Shown here: positions 7,858 through 17,730 of the stretch, in pieces
How positions within the stretch are numbered: the first letter of the stretch is position 1
Layout of the letters: each line of letters begins with the position of its first letter
Source of the DNA: a virus
Taxonomy: Duplodnaviria > Caudoviricetes
Strand: one strand, 5' to 3'
Virus record (IMG/VR): IMGVR_UViG_3300033120_000579
Span: 1-64,000 of that record
Length of the DNA: 64,000 nucleotides
Translations under genes and position numbers: made by a program
Notes under the pieces: generated by a model
The model's input: the letters and a program-made list of their open reading frames with translations, nothing else
The model's database searches: none
Told to the model about the DNA's origin: nothing

Positions 7858-8640
7858 ATGAAAAGGTATAAACTCATAAAAACTTATCCAGATTCTCCTA
7901 AATTAGGATATATTTTAGAACAAAAATCTGGTAGTGTAGATTGTGAAAATTATCCAGAATTTTGGGAATTAGTTGTTGAAAAAGAATTTGAAGTATTAAG
8001 TTTTATATATAATAATAAAACATTAAAATTTAGTGAAAATCAAAATTGTTTTATATATGAACCATATGATGGATATAATCATCGACAATTAGATTTTTTA
8101 TTAAGAAATTCAAATGTTTACAAAATTCATTCAGTTAAAAGATTATCAGATGGTGAAATATTTACTATTGGTGATGAAATTGATTTAACAAAATATGAGT
8201 TTAATTTTCCTAAATCAGATATATTAACAGAAATAAAAATTATTGATAATAAAATTAGATTTAAAATGAATTTTCAAGAAAAACATGATTGGAATTCATC
8301 TTATACTTTAGATTATATTCAAAAACTTAAACAACGATTATTCACAACTGAAGATGGAGTTGATGTTTTTGAAGGTGATAATTATGTAATAGTAGATAAT
8401 AAAGATTGGTATATAGACAGTACAGGTGGAAAAAATTTAAATGAAAAAGATTATAGACTTTATTTCTCAACAAAAGAAAAAGCTGAAGAATATATTGTTT
8501 TAAATAAACCTTGTTTAAGTTTTAATGAAGTATATTCATTATTAGGTAAATTATCAACCGCTGCTTTAAGACAATCTGATTATCAATCTTTAAATACAAA
8601 ATTAAAACAAATAGTTAAAAATAAATTAAAAATTAAATAA
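7858..8640 (+). CDS. Mosaic hypothetical protein
   Basis: YKIHSVKRLSDGEIFTIGD module shared with 5664-7304. Confidence 0.7.
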   Translation: MKRYKLIKTYPDSPKLGYILEQKSGSVDCENYPEFWELVVEKEFEVLSFIYNNKTLKFSENQNCFIYEPYDGYNHRQLDFLLRNSNVYKIHSVKRLSDGEIFTIGDEIDLTKYEFNFPKSDILTEIKIIDNKIRFKMNFQEKHDWNSSYTLDYIQKLKQRLFTTEDGVDVFEGDNYVIVDNKDWYIDSTGGKNLNEKDYRLYFSTKEKAEEYIVLNKPCLSFNEVYSLLGKLSTAALRQSDYQSLNTKLKQIVKNKLKIK

Positions 8641-8649
8641 ATAGAAATT

Positions 8650-8928
8650 ATGAAAACAGATCAGACAAGAGTATTTTTCAATTATGGAGAAAATGGTGAA
8701 ATTAAAGCAATTATGCAAAGTGTAGAAACGGATGAAGTAATTGCAAGCAGAAAAGTAAAACTTCGTCATGGTGATAAACCAAATAAAATTGTTGGTAGAA
8801 AATATGCATTCAAGAAACTTATGACTCATAGTCTTGAAAACAATTTAATTCCAAAAACTGAAATCGGTTTATTATGGAAACTATTTGGTTCTACTTGTAA
8901 ACAACCAAGTTTTAAATTAGCTTATTAA
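8650..8928 (+). CDS. Hypothetical protein
   Basis: 92-aa basic ORF in a tightly packed operon. Confidence 0.6.
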   Translation: MKTDQTRVFFNYGENGEIKAIMQSVETDEVIASRKVKLRHGDKPNKIVGRKYAFKKLMTHSLENNLIPKTEIGLLWKLFGSTCKQPSFKLAY

Positions 8929-8929
8929 T

Positions 8930-9196
8930 ATGAAAAAGAATATATCAATATTCTTATTAGGTATATTTGCATCAATTTGTATTGGTGCAGGTATATCTAA
9001 TTCAGAATTATTAACAGTAAAACCTGCAACTCCTAAATCAACAATTGTAAAACAATTTAGATCTATGTTTTTTTTAGAAAATGAAGTTTCAGATTTTATA
9101 CGTTCTAAAGTAAAAGAAGGTTACATATTAAAATCTTCAATGATTTGGGATGATGAGGATTGGTCTAAAGGTGTAGTAGTCATGGAAAAATATTAA
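8930..9196 (+). CDS. Membrane-anchored or secreted small protein
   Basis: N-terminal signal/TM segment. Confidence 0.6.
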   Translation: MKKNISIFLLGIFASICIGAGISNSELLTVKPATPKSTIVKQFRSMFFLENEVSDFIRSKVKEGYILKSSMIWDDEDWSKGVVVMEKY

Positions 9197-9198
9197 TT

Positions 9199-9429
9199 AT
9201 GAAAATGAATTTATTTCAAAAGATATTATTTGTACCTCATAATATTATAAGCTTTTTAAATCTTATTTTTGGAATTCCAATTATAATATTATTAATTTAT
9301 TTTTTAACAAATTTAAATTGGGTATTATGGTTAATTCCTATTTATATTGGAATTGATTTCTATAAAGATTATATTGCTAAAAAACAAGGTGGTAAAGGAC
9401 AATTACCTATTTATAAATTTAATAAATAA
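9199..9429 (+). CDS. Small membrane protein
   Basis: Two hydrophobic helices. Confidence 0.6.
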   Translation: MKMNLFQKILFVPHNIISFLNLIFGIPIIILLIYFLTNLNWVLWLIPIYIGIDFYKDYIAKKQGGKGQLPIYKFNK

Positions 9430-9431
9430 TT

Positions 9432-9716
9432 ATGTATATACATAAAACAACAGGTAATAAAATTACAGTAAGCTTTTATCAACAACTTTCTTATAAAGAT
9501 AAACAAGATTATAGAGAAGAAAGATCTACAGGAGAATATTCTTCATCTAGAGATATTGTTGGTACAGTTATAGATATTGGTATTGGGATGGCTATTGGAA
9601 GTATGTTTGATAGCTCATCTAATTCAGATAGTAACTCATTTAATGATTCATCAGGTTTTGATGGAGATTTTGGTGGTGGAGATTATTCTGGAAGTGGTTC
9701 TGGAGGAGATTGGTAA
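9432..9716 (+). CDS. Small protein with Gly/Ser/Asp-rich tail ending GGDW
   Basis: C-terminus GFDGDFGGGDYSGSGSGGDW. Confidence 0.65.
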   Translation: MYIHKTTGNKITVSFYQQLSYKDKQDYREERSTGEYSSSRDIVGTVIDIGIGMAIGSMFDSSSNSDSNSFNDSSGFDGDFGGGDYSGSGSGGDW

Positions 9717-9724
9717 AATAAATT

Positions 9725-9791
9725 AATAATTAGGTGCTTATTGATGATAAGGTAAATAGCGACCAGAGATACTGCAAACAGCCTAATTATT
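9725..9791 (+). ncRNA. Multibranch RNA structure upstream of DNA polymerase
   Basis: 10-bp AATAATTAGG/CCTAATTATT stem enclosing CTTAT/ATAAG and CTG-CAAA-CAG hairpins. Confidence 0.35.
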
Positions 9792-9839
9792 TTATTTCTC
9801 ATAGTATTAAAAGTTATGACTCAACTTTAATACAAATAT

Positions 9840-11720
9840 ATGAGAAAGGAATTATATGATATAGAAGTTTTTAAAAACTTCTTCTGCGTTGGTATAAGAA
9901 ATTATAATACCAAAGAATTAGTATTTTATGAAATATCTGAAGAAAAAAATGATTTAGATTTAATTTATAAATGGTTTAATGAATTTGATGGATTTTTAAT
10001 TAGTTTTAATGGAATACATTATGATAATATGGTTATCAAATATTTTATTAAAAATTATAATAAATATAAAAATTGGAATTGGTCTAATATTACATTAGAT
10101 TTAAAAGCTTTTTCTGATAAAATAATTTATAGTGATATTTATGATGACGAAATTAAACAAATTAAATATTTTAAAACTAAATGGATTGATATAGATTTAT
10201 TTTTATATTGGTCTAAAATGTTAAGAATGTCTAAAAAGATTAGTTTAAAATCATTAGGTATTCAATTAGGTTATCATACAGTACAAGAATTACCATACCA
10301 ACATGATTTTATTTTAACAATAGAAGATTTACCTAAATTACGTTATTATAATTATACACATGATTTAGGAATCTTAGATTTATTAACTTCTAAAATGGAA
10401 GATGATATTAAATTAAGAGCAAATATTGTTAAAGAATATAATATTAATTGTTGGTCAATGGATGCTACAAAAATTGCTTCTGAAGCATTATTGTTAGATT
10501 ATTGTAGAATTACTAATAAAAATCCTTTTGAAGTAAGAAAACAAAGATTTCAACGTAATACTATTTATCTAAATGAAGTTTTAAAAGGATTTAATCCTGA
10601 ATTTAAATTACCAATATTTCAAAATTTATGGGCAGAAATATTAAATTCTAAAGATAAATTTAGCAAAGAACTTATAATTAATCATAACAATACTTCAATT
10701 AGATTAACTTATGGAGTTGGTGGATTGCATTCTATAAATGAAAATGAGCAATATTATACTAGTGAGAATTTTAAAGTCATAACAAGTGATGTTGCTTCAT
10801 TATATCCAAATCTAATTATTAATTATAAATGCATTAGGTTTCCTGAAGTTCTTAATAAGTATATTCAAGTAAAAGATGAAAGAATTATTGCTAAAAAAGC
10901 TAAAGAAAAACAAAAAGATACATTCTTTAAATTAATTTTAAATTCAACATCTGGATTATTAGATATGGAACATGGGTGGTTATATTATCCTGAAGGTGCA
11001 ATGAGAATGCGTTTAATTGGTCAATTAATATTAACTAAATGTATTGAAGTATGTCTAATTAATAATTGGCAAGTTATTTCAGCAAATACTGATGGTATTG
11101 AAGTAATTGTTCCTACATATCAAAGAAAACAATATCAAGAACTTTTAAATATTACTTGTTCTAAATTTAATCTAGAATTAGAACATGAAGAATATGAAAA
11201 AATTATTTATAAAAATGTTAATAATTATATTGCGAAAACATTAGTTGGTGATATTAAACGTAAAGGTTTATTCAAACTACCGTTTAATGAAAAAGGTCAA
11301 AAAGAAATTCCTTTAGGAGATTCTACAGATGAATTAGTTATTTCTAAAGCATTACATAATTATTATATTCATAATATTAAACCTGAAGAATTTATATCTA
11401 ATCCTGATAAATATGAATTACATCCATTTGATTACTGTAAAAGTAATAAGATAGGTAAAGATTTTAAAGTTTATCATAATGGTCAAATTCAACAGCAATT
11501 AAATAGATATTATTTTAGTAAAAATGCTCCATATTTATTTAAACAAAAAAATGGAGTTGGAACAATGCAACATGTTAATGTCGGAGAAGGTATAATCTTA
11601 TTTAATGATTATGAAAAAAAAAATTGGAAAGATTATAATATAAATTATAAATATTATATTAGTAAAACTAATAAAATTATAGAAGAAATCAATAGATTAA
11701 ATCAATTAAGCTTATTTTAA
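9840..11720 (+). CDS. polB: Family B DNA polymerase
   Basis: Exo YDIE and FNGIHYD; Pol motifs DVASLYPN, KLILNSTSG, ANTDG, KRKG. Confidence 0.92.
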   Translation: MRKELYDIEVFKNFFCVGIRNYNTKELVFYEISEEKNDLDLIYKWFNEFDGFLISFNGIHYDNMVIKYFIKNYNKYKNWNWSNITLDLKAFSDKIIYSDIYDDEIKQIKYFKTKWIDIDLFLYWSKMLRMSKKISLKSLGIQLGYHTVQELPYQHDFILTIEDLPKLRYYNYTHDLGILDLLTSKMEDDIKLRANIVKEYNINCWSMDATKIASEALLLDYCRITNKNPFEVRKQRFQRNTIYLNEVLKGFNPEFKLPIFQNLWAEILNSKDKFSKELIINHNNTSIRLTYGVGGLHSINENEQYYTSENFKVITSDVASLYPNLIINYKCIRFPEVLNKYIQVKDERIIAKKAKEKQKDTFFKLILNSTSGLLDMEHGWLYYPEGAMRMRLIGQLILTKCIEVCLINNWQVISANTDGIEVIVPTYQRKQYQELLNITCSKFNLELEHEEYEKIIYKNVNNYIAKTLVGDIKRKGLFKLPFNEKGQKEIPLGDSTDELVISKALHNYYIHNIKPEEFISNPDKYELHPFDYCKSNKIGKDFKVYHNGQIQQQLNRYYFSKNAPYLFKQKNGVGTMQHVNVGEGIILFNDYEKKNWKDYNINYKYYISKTNKIIEEINRLNQLSLF

Positions 11721-11724
11721 AATT

Positions 11725-11937
11725 ATGACTAAACCTTATTCAGAGTTATCTTTTGCAGTGGATTTAATCCAAGAAGAATTTAAATTAAACAATCCTATTG
11801 ATATTGTAGATAAAGTAGAAGAAGAATTAGGTATTGAATTATCTATTCATGCTGTATCTGATTATTTAGATATTAATAGACAAGAGGATTACGAAATTGA
11901 ATCAATAAAAATGAATTATTATAATGAATATTATTAA
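11725..11937 (+). CDS. Small acidic hypothetical protein
   Basis: 70-aa ORF, possible HTH-like helical bundle. Confidence 0.5.
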   Translation: MTKPYSELSFAVDLIQEEFKLNNPIDIVDKVEEELGIELSIHAVSDYLDINRQEDYEIESIKMNYYNEYY

Positions 11938-11940
11938 AAA

Positions 11941-12222
11941 ATGGAAAATTTTGAAATAAATGATAATGTTGAAGTTATCAACAATAAACCTCTAAAAGGT
12001 AATGAACATTGTCCTAAATTAACAATTGGTGACAAATATCAAATAAAAAATATTGTTTTAGATAAACAAGGTAATCAACATTTAGATATTGGATTAAAGT
12101 CTAATCTAAATTTTGTAACTAGTTATGAAACTAAAGAAGAATTACCTCAAGGACATCTGATTCATTGGTGTCATCCTAGTAGATTTCAATTAATTGGTAG
12201 AGAAGTTAAAGAAGAATTATGA
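11941..12222 (+). CDS. Hypothetical protein (SH3-like barrel)
   Basis: FEINDNVEVI...LTIGDKYQIK...HPSRF pattern. Confidence 0.55.
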   Translation: MENFEINDNVEVINNKPLKGNEHCPKLTIGDKYQIKNIVLDKQGNQHLDIGLKSNLNFVTSYETKEELPQGHLIHWCHPSRFQLIGREVKEEL

Positions 12223-12992
12223 TACCATTTATAGATAAATTATATGAAAATAATGTTCTAAAATTTGATAATAATTTTTTAGATAGATTTTTAAGTATAA
12301 GGATGATACTTTTATTAATTTGTATAGTTGTTATTTCAATATGTATTGTAATAATATTTATACCTATTACAATATTTAATATTATAAATAATATTTTAGA
12401 TTTAAGTAAATATATTTATATTGAACTTAAAAATCATCCTAGATTTCAAAAAAGTAGAATTAAATATATAATGTGTAATTATTATTCTAAATTAGAAAAA
12501 GAAGAATTATTATATTTACAATATAAAGATACTACTTTTGAAGAAGATAATTTAAAAGATTTTATAATTAACTTTTTTACTATTTATAATAAAAAATATA
12601 ATACTTATTTAGAATCTATCACAAGAATATCTGAAACAGAAAACGATCTATTTCCTCCACTAGGTAAATTTAGTTTTGAATTTATAAGAAATTCCAATCA
12701 TAAATATAATAGTGATTTATATTATTATGATTGTTATTGTACTACAAATCGTAGAAGAAGCTTAGGTGATATTTATAGAATATGTAAAACTTATTTTCCT
12801 AGTACTAAAATAGAAGAAGTTTTAGAAATCTTAATAGATTTATGTGAATCTAAGGAACTATCAGGTTCTTACTGTAATACTATTCAAAAATTTGTATTTC
12901 ATAAACAAAATGAAAATTTCTATCCTAAAGGTAAAACTGAATATGGAGATATCACATTTAAAGATGTAATTTGGTATATTAAAAATAAATAA
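12219..12992 (+). CDS. Membrane-anchored RS-xx-D/KTYFP paralog family member 2
   Basis: N-terminal TM; C-terminal YC..RRSLGDIYRICKTYFP..CNTIQK. Confidence 0.7.
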   Translation: MIPFIDKLYENNVLKFDNNFLDRFLSIRMILLLICIVVISICIVIIFIPITIFNIINNILDLSKYIYIELKNHPRFQKSRIKYIMCNYYSKLEKEELLYLQYKDTTFEEDNLKDFIINFFTIYNKKYNTYLESITRISETENDLFPPLGKFSFEFIRNSNHKYNSDLYYYDCYCTTNRRRSLGDIYRICKTYFPSTKIEEVLEILIDLCESKELSGSYCNTIQKFVFHKQNENFYPKGKTEYGDITFKDVIWYIKNK

Positions 12993-12994
12993 TT

Positions 12995-13183
12995 ATGATT
13001 GTAATTAAAAAAGACTGTCCAAAATGTATTGGCACAGGTGAAATTATGGAAGGTAGAAAAGACTCTAAAGGATTTCAATATAATAAATGTAATCTTTGTA
13101 AAGGAGAAGGTATTGTTGATATTGATATAGCTGAAGATTATATATTGTCATTAGATGAATCTCAAATTGATGATTATGAATGA
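12995..13183 (+). CDS. DnaJ-type zinc-finger small protein
   Basis: CPKCIGTG...CNLCKGEG. Confidence 0.7.
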   Translation: MIVIKKDCPKCIGTGEIMEGRKDSKGFQYNKCNLCKGEGIVDIDIAEDYILSLDESQIDDYE

Positions 13184-13556
13184 AGAATTAATAACATTTG
13201 AAACAGCTAAATTAGCTAAAGAAAAGGAATTTGATTGGACTTCTAAGTGTTATCATTCAGATGGAAGTTTTCAAGACAGAGAATATCTACAAAACTATAA
13301 TCATTCTGTTTTTATAGATAAAGATGAGTATTTAATCTCAGCTCCTACACAATCTCTGCTTCAAAAATGGTTAAGAGAAGTTCATAATATTCATGTATTT
13401 CCTGTAATAGAGCCTTTAGGAAGAAAATACAGAGGATCTACTGTTTATAATGAAAAGAAAGATAATTATATTGAATCTAATTTTTATTATAATTCTTATG
13501 AAGAAGCATTAGAAATAGGATTACAAGAAGCTTTAAAACTTATTTCAAATGAATGA
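13155..13556 (+). CDS. Conserved-looking phage hypothetical protein
   Basis: ITFETAKLAKEKEF...APTQSLLQKWLREVHNI...YEEALEIGL; true start probably 13177. Confidence 0.65.
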   Translation: MNLKLMIMNEELITFETAKLAKEKEFDWTSKCYHSDGSFQDREYLQNYNHSVFIDKDEYLISAPTQSLLQKWLREVHNIHVFPVIEPLGRKYRGSTVYNEKKDNYIESNFYYNSYEEALEIGLQEALKLISNE

Positions 13557-13634
13557 TAATATAGTAGGATTTTTATTAACAATTTTTTATGTAGGTGTCA
13601 TAATATACTTAAGTAAATTAAAAAACAAAATAAA

Positions 13635-13850
13635 ATGAAAAATAAATCTAAATTAGAAGGTAATTCTCAAGCGGTAGATGATTTTTGGACATCAGTTGCA
13701 ATTATGCAAGGTCCTGGAAATGCTTCTGTAAGAACTCAGAGAATAAAAGATTTAGATTCTGGTAAAATTAATATTCATCAAGCTACTCCAAAAGGAGAAA
13801 GTGCTTTAGGATTAGTTTTAACAGGTATGATTATTAAATCAAGAAAATAA
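13635..13850 (+). CDS. Hypothetical protein
   Basis: 71-aa ORF in operon. Confidence 0.5.
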   Translation: MKNKSKLEGNSQAVDDFWTSVAIMQGPGNASVRTQRIKDLDSGKINIHQATPKGESALGLVLTGMIIKSRK

Positions 13851-13853
13851 TAT

Positions 13854-14465
13854 ATGAGTGAAAAGTTAGCATTAATTCTAGACTTTAATGTATTAGAACA
13901 AAATGAACTTTCATTAATGGAATTTATAACATTATTAAAATTAAATCATAATGAGATTGATTTAGATATAAACGATAATGTATTAGATAGTTTACAAAAT
14001 AAACAATTTATAAAAATAGTTAAAGATAATGAAGAAAATATTGTAATAGTTCGAGAGAAAAGTAAACTATTAATAGATTTCTTATTAATAGAAGGTTTAA
14101 ATTCAAATTATAAAGATAAGAAAATTACTAAAAAGTCTAGTAGAAGTATTAATGAAGGATTTGAAGAGTTTATAACTGAGTACAGAAATTTATGGAAAGG
14201 TCTTAAAGTAGGTTCAATGGGTAGTCACAATAGCTGTTCTGATAAACTATCTCGATGGTTAAAAGAAAACCCTCAGTATTCTAAAGAAGATGTCTTAAAA
14301 GCAGCTAAAATCTATATTAATTCATTAGATAATTATCAATATCTTCAACAAGCTGATTATTTTATTTATAAAAAAGATGCTTATGGAGAAAGTAGTAGAT
14401 TGTCTAGTTTTATAGATGAAACTGAAGTTAATAATAATACAGATTGGACAAGTCGTCTTAGCTAA
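13854..14465 (+). CDS. Putative replication initiator / helicase-loader-like wHTH protein
   Basis: N-terminal wHTH-like segment (LDSLQNKQFIK), helical C-domain (FITEYRNLW...YFIYK), upstream of helicase. Confidence 0.4.
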   Translation: MSEKLALILDFNVLEQNELSLMEFITLLKLNHNEIDLDINDNVLDSLQNKQFIKIVKDNEENIVIVREKSKLLIDFLLIEGLNSNYKDKKITKKSSRSINEGFEEFITEYRNLWKGLKVGSMGSHNSCSDKLSRWLKENPQYSKEDVLKAAKIYINSLDNYQYLQQADYFIYKKDAYGESSRLSSFIDETEVNNNTDWTSRLS

Positions 14466-14468
14466 ATT

Positions 14469-14669
14469 ATGAAAAATAAAACCTTAACATTTGAAGAATT
14501 TGAAAAAAGTTGTTATCATATACAATATTATGTTATTGTACCTTTATTAAATAGAATGAAACTTAATAAATTAGAGTTTTTAACAAAAGGTAAATATGAT
14601 AAAGAGAAACTTAAAAGTAAATTATTAGAACTTTATGATTCTAATTTAGATAAACTAAAAATTAATTAA
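14469..14669 (+). CDS. Hypothetical protein
   Basis: 66-aa ORF in operon. Confidence 0.5.
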   Translation: MKNKTLTFEEFEKSCYHIQYYVIVPLLNRMKLNKLEFLTKGKYDKEKLKSKLLELYDSNLDKLKIN

Positions 14670-14690
14670 AAATTATGAAAAATAACAAAA

Positions 14691-15119
14691 ATGGCAATTT
14701 ATATCAAAGAATCTGATGTTCCTAAAACTGGAACTAGAAAAGATCTAATTAGAAAATTCTTTAGAGGACAAATAATTCCATCTTATACTAATCCTGAATG
14801 TACTAATCTTCAATGTGATGGTAAAGGTGAATCTGGTAAAGGTTCTAGTAGAAGTATAACTGAATTACATGAGATTGTAAAATCACGATTTCCTGTAACA
14901 AGTTTAAAAGCAATTATTAAAATTATTTATCAAATTATTGAAGAAGATAAATCTATTATTTTAATTTGGTGTAATAAGATTAATAAAGTTGTAGTTAAAT
15001 ATGAACCTAATAAATCTGCAAATTGGATTACTAATTATAGTAGAAAAAACTATTTTACTCAAAAAGGTGAAGATGGTTATAGTTTAGAAGATTTTGAAGA
15101 AATTAAAGAAACATTATAA
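14691..15119 (+). CDS. RS-xx-D/KTYFP paralog family member 3
   Basis: PSYTNPEC..QC..SRSITE..VKSRFP..CNKINK. Confidence 0.7.
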   Translation: MAIYIKESDVPKTGTRKDLIRKFFRGQIIPSYTNPECTNLQCDGKGESGKGSSRSITELHEIVKSRFPVTSLKAIIKIIYQIIEEDKSIILIWCNKINKVVVKYEPNKSANWITNYSRKNYFTQKGEDGYSLEDFEEIKETL

Positions 15120-15122
15120 ATT

Positions 15123-15512
15123 ATGATTAATTATTCAGATAAAACTTTAGATAAAAAACAACAAAAAATTTTAGCGAAGTACCCTTTAATTAAATTTAAA
15201 GAAGATATTAAAATAAATAAAATTGAGGATGTTTTTGATAATTTATTTAATAAAGGAATTGAAACATATGATTTAAATAATAAATTTCATTGTGGAAAAA
15301 ATAAAGGTAGAAGTTATTATGATTGTTTTTTATTAAGTAAATATTATTTACCTAATATAACCTTTAAAGAAATGTATAGAAAATTATATTCTTTAGTTGA
15401 AGATCAAAATCCTAAACATAAAGATCATCAATATTTTTGGGGAAATAAACCTGGATTTTTTACATGTTATACAATAGGTAAAACTAGATTTAATGGAAAA
15501 TTAAAATTATAA
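15123..15512 (+). CDS. RS-xx-D/KTYFP paralog family member 4
   Basis: ETY..HC..GRSYYD..SKYYLP..CYTIGK. Confidence 0.7.
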   Translation: MINYSDKTLDKKQQKILAKYPLIKFKEDIKINKIEDVFDNLFNKGIETYDLNNKFHCGKNKGRSYYDCFLLSKYYLPNITFKEMYRKLYSLVEDQNPKHKDHQYFWGNKPGFFTCYTIGKTRFNGKLKL

Positions 15513-15524
15513 AAATAGATAAAA

Positions 15525-16136
15525 ATGAATGAAAAAATTAAATGTGTTGATAATAGAGGATATTCTTTAACAGATGATCAAGAATATGAAATAATTAAAA
15601 GAGAAGGTAATTTTATATTTATTAATAATGATAAAGATAAATTAGCTAGATATTCTATAGAAATGTTTGAAGAACCTGCTCCACCACCACCTGCTAGAAC
15701 TGAACAAGACTGTATCAATAGTATTACTAATAATGAATCTCAAACGAGATATGTTAATTTAAATAATGAAACTAAAATTATTACAAATAGTTTTACTTTA
15801 ACAGATGCTACAACTGATTTTAGTTGTGGAGTTAAAATGGTATGTAATATTAATGTTACAATGAATAATATAAACAATATCACACAATCAGATCAAGATG
15901 TCGCAGGAGATGATTTATTAGATCTACAAAAAGCTCTATTAAAATCTCATTTGAAAAATTATATGAGAAGATTAGGTAATAGTGGTGGTATTTATTTAGT
16001 ATCAACTAATGTTAATCATAATGAAGATTTAGTAGAAGCAATTGATGAAATTTCAGATTTTCAATCAGAATCTGAATTAAATCCTAACAGTCAAAATCCA
16101 ATTAAAGTTTGGGGATTTTTAAAAAGTAATTTATGA
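15525..16136 (+). CDS. Two-domain protein (SH3-like N-domain, poly-Pro linker, SCG-motif domain)
   Basis: IKCVDN..LT..EYEII; EEPAPPPPAR; FSCGVKMV..YLVST..NPNSQNPIKVW. Confidence 0.6.
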   Translation: MNEKIKCVDNRGYSLTDDQEYEIIKREGNFIFINNDKDKLARYSIEMFEEPAPPPPARTEQDCINSITNNESQTRYVNLNNETKIITNSFTLTDATTDFSCGVKMVCNINVTMNNINNITQSDQDVAGDDLLDLQKALLKSHLKNYMRRLGNSGGIYLVSTNVNHNEDLVEAIDEISDFQSESELNPNSQNPIKVWGFLKSNL

Positions 16137-16534
16137 TTTATGTAAGAGAGGCTAAACGTTTAAAAAATGAAAAATTTAATGATTTTTTTAATAGAATACT
16201 TTTAAAGTCTAGCTATTTACCAGCAACTTATCATGATAAAGAATGTTTAAATCTTCAATGTGTAAGTGGTAAATATCGGAGTTTTGAAGATTTAGTTGAA
16301 ATTGCTAAAACATATTATTCTAACATATCTGATAAATCTGTTGCTAAATGTATTAAACAAAATGGTAATTTTAGTTTTTTATATTGTAATGCAGTTAAAA
16401 AATGGACAATGCCAAAAGTAATCTCTAATTGTAATATTTCTTGTTTATATAATTATAGTAATTGTAAAAACTTTACAAATAAAATTGGAGAAAAATATTC
16501 ATTTGATATGATACAAGAATTAATGAACAAATAA
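16133..16534 (+). CDS. RS-xx-D/KTYFP paralog family member 5
   Basis: ATYHDKEC..QC..YRSFED..AKTYYS..CNAVKK. Confidence 0.7.
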   Translation: MIYVREAKRLKNEKFNDFFNRILLKSSYLPATYHDKECLNLQCVSGKYRSFEDLVEIAKTYYSNISDKSVAKCIKQNGNFSFLYCNAVKKWTMPKVISNCNISCLYNYSNCKNFTNKIGEKYSFDMIQELMNK

Positions 16535-16604
16535 TAGTCTTATTTAAAAATAGACAAAAATAATTAAAAACTTATAAGATTATTAGTAAATACTAATAAG
16601 ATTA

Positions 16605-17720
16605 ATGAGTGAAAAAAAAGTAAGTCTTTTTGATAGAACTTACAAGAATATTACAGAAAAAAGAAACAGAATATTATCAGGTAAAATAAATAGTATCCCA
16701 TTAGGATTTCCTAGATTTGAAAATGAAATGCCTGGAATTGAACAAGGTAAATCAGTTTTAGTATCAGCCAATAGTAAGGTAGGTAAATCCCAAATTACAG
16801 ATTGGATGTTTCTTTATAATCCAATTCAACAAGTTATTGATAGAGGTTTAGATATTAGATTAAAAATCTTTTATTTTACTTTAGAAATGACTGCTGAACA
16901 AAAGATGTTATCAGCATTTTCAAATATTCTTTATATTAAAGAAGGTGTTAGAATAGCTCCTAAAGATTTAAGATCTAGTAAAGAAGATAAAATATTATCT
17001 GAAGAAAACTTAGCTTTAATTTCTAAATATGAACCTTATTTCAGAAAAATAGAAGAAATTGTTGAATTTATCGATGATATTAGAAATCCATATGGTATTT
17101 ATACTACAGTTCGTGATTATGCTTTAGCTAATGGTAAAATACACACTAGAAATATTGAAACAAAACCTGGTGTTTTTATTCAAGTTGAAGATTATTATGA
17201 ACCTAATGATCCTGAAGAATATGTAATAGTTATTGTAGATCATATAAGCCTTATACAGCCTGAAAAGAACAGAGATACTGGTTTACCTATGACTCTACAT
17301 GAATCAATAGGTAAACTTAGCTCTGATTATCTTATTAAACTTAGAAATAGATTTAAATATATTCCAGTTGTTGTACAACAACAAGCTCAAGCTCAAGAAA
17401 GTGTTGAAAATAAAAAGTATAACAAACTTAAACCTTCATTAGATGGATTAGGTGATAATAAAATGACTCAACGTGATTTTGATTATATACTTGGATTATT
17501 CAGTCCTTTTAGACATGAAATACCTGAATATATGGGATATGATATAACTAGGTTTAAAGATAATATTAGATTTCTTGAAATACTTGGAGGAAGAGAAGGT
17601 GGTGGAGGTACAGTATGTCCATTATATTTTGATGGTGCTGTAAATTATTTTAAAGAATTACCACTTCCCAATGATTCTAAAATTAAAGAAGTTTACGAAT
17701 TTATAAAAAATATTAAATAG
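16605..17720 (+). CDS. dnaB: DnaB-like replicative helicase
   Basis: Walker A ANSKVGKS, FTLEM, Walker B VIVDH, VVVQQQ motifs. Confidence 0.85.
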   Translation: MSEKKVSLFDRTYKNITEKRNRILSGKINSIPLGFPRFENEMPGIEQGKSVLVSANSKVGKSQITDWMFLYNPIQQVIDRGLDIRLKIFYFTLEMTAEQKMLSAFSNILYIKEGVRIAPKDLRSSKEDKILSEENLALISKYEPYFRKIEEIVEFIDDIRNPYGIYTTVRDYALANGKIHTRNIETKPGVFIQVEDYYEPNDPEEYVIVIVDHISLIQPEKNRDTGLPMTLHESIGKLSSDYLIKLRNRFKYIPVVVQQQAQAQESVENKKYNKLKPSLDGLGDNKMTQRDFDYILGLFSPFRHEIPEYMGYDITRFKDNIRFLEILGGREGGGGTVCPLYFDGAVNYFKELPLPNDSKIKEVYEFIKNIK

Positions 17721-17730
17721 TTATGAAAAA

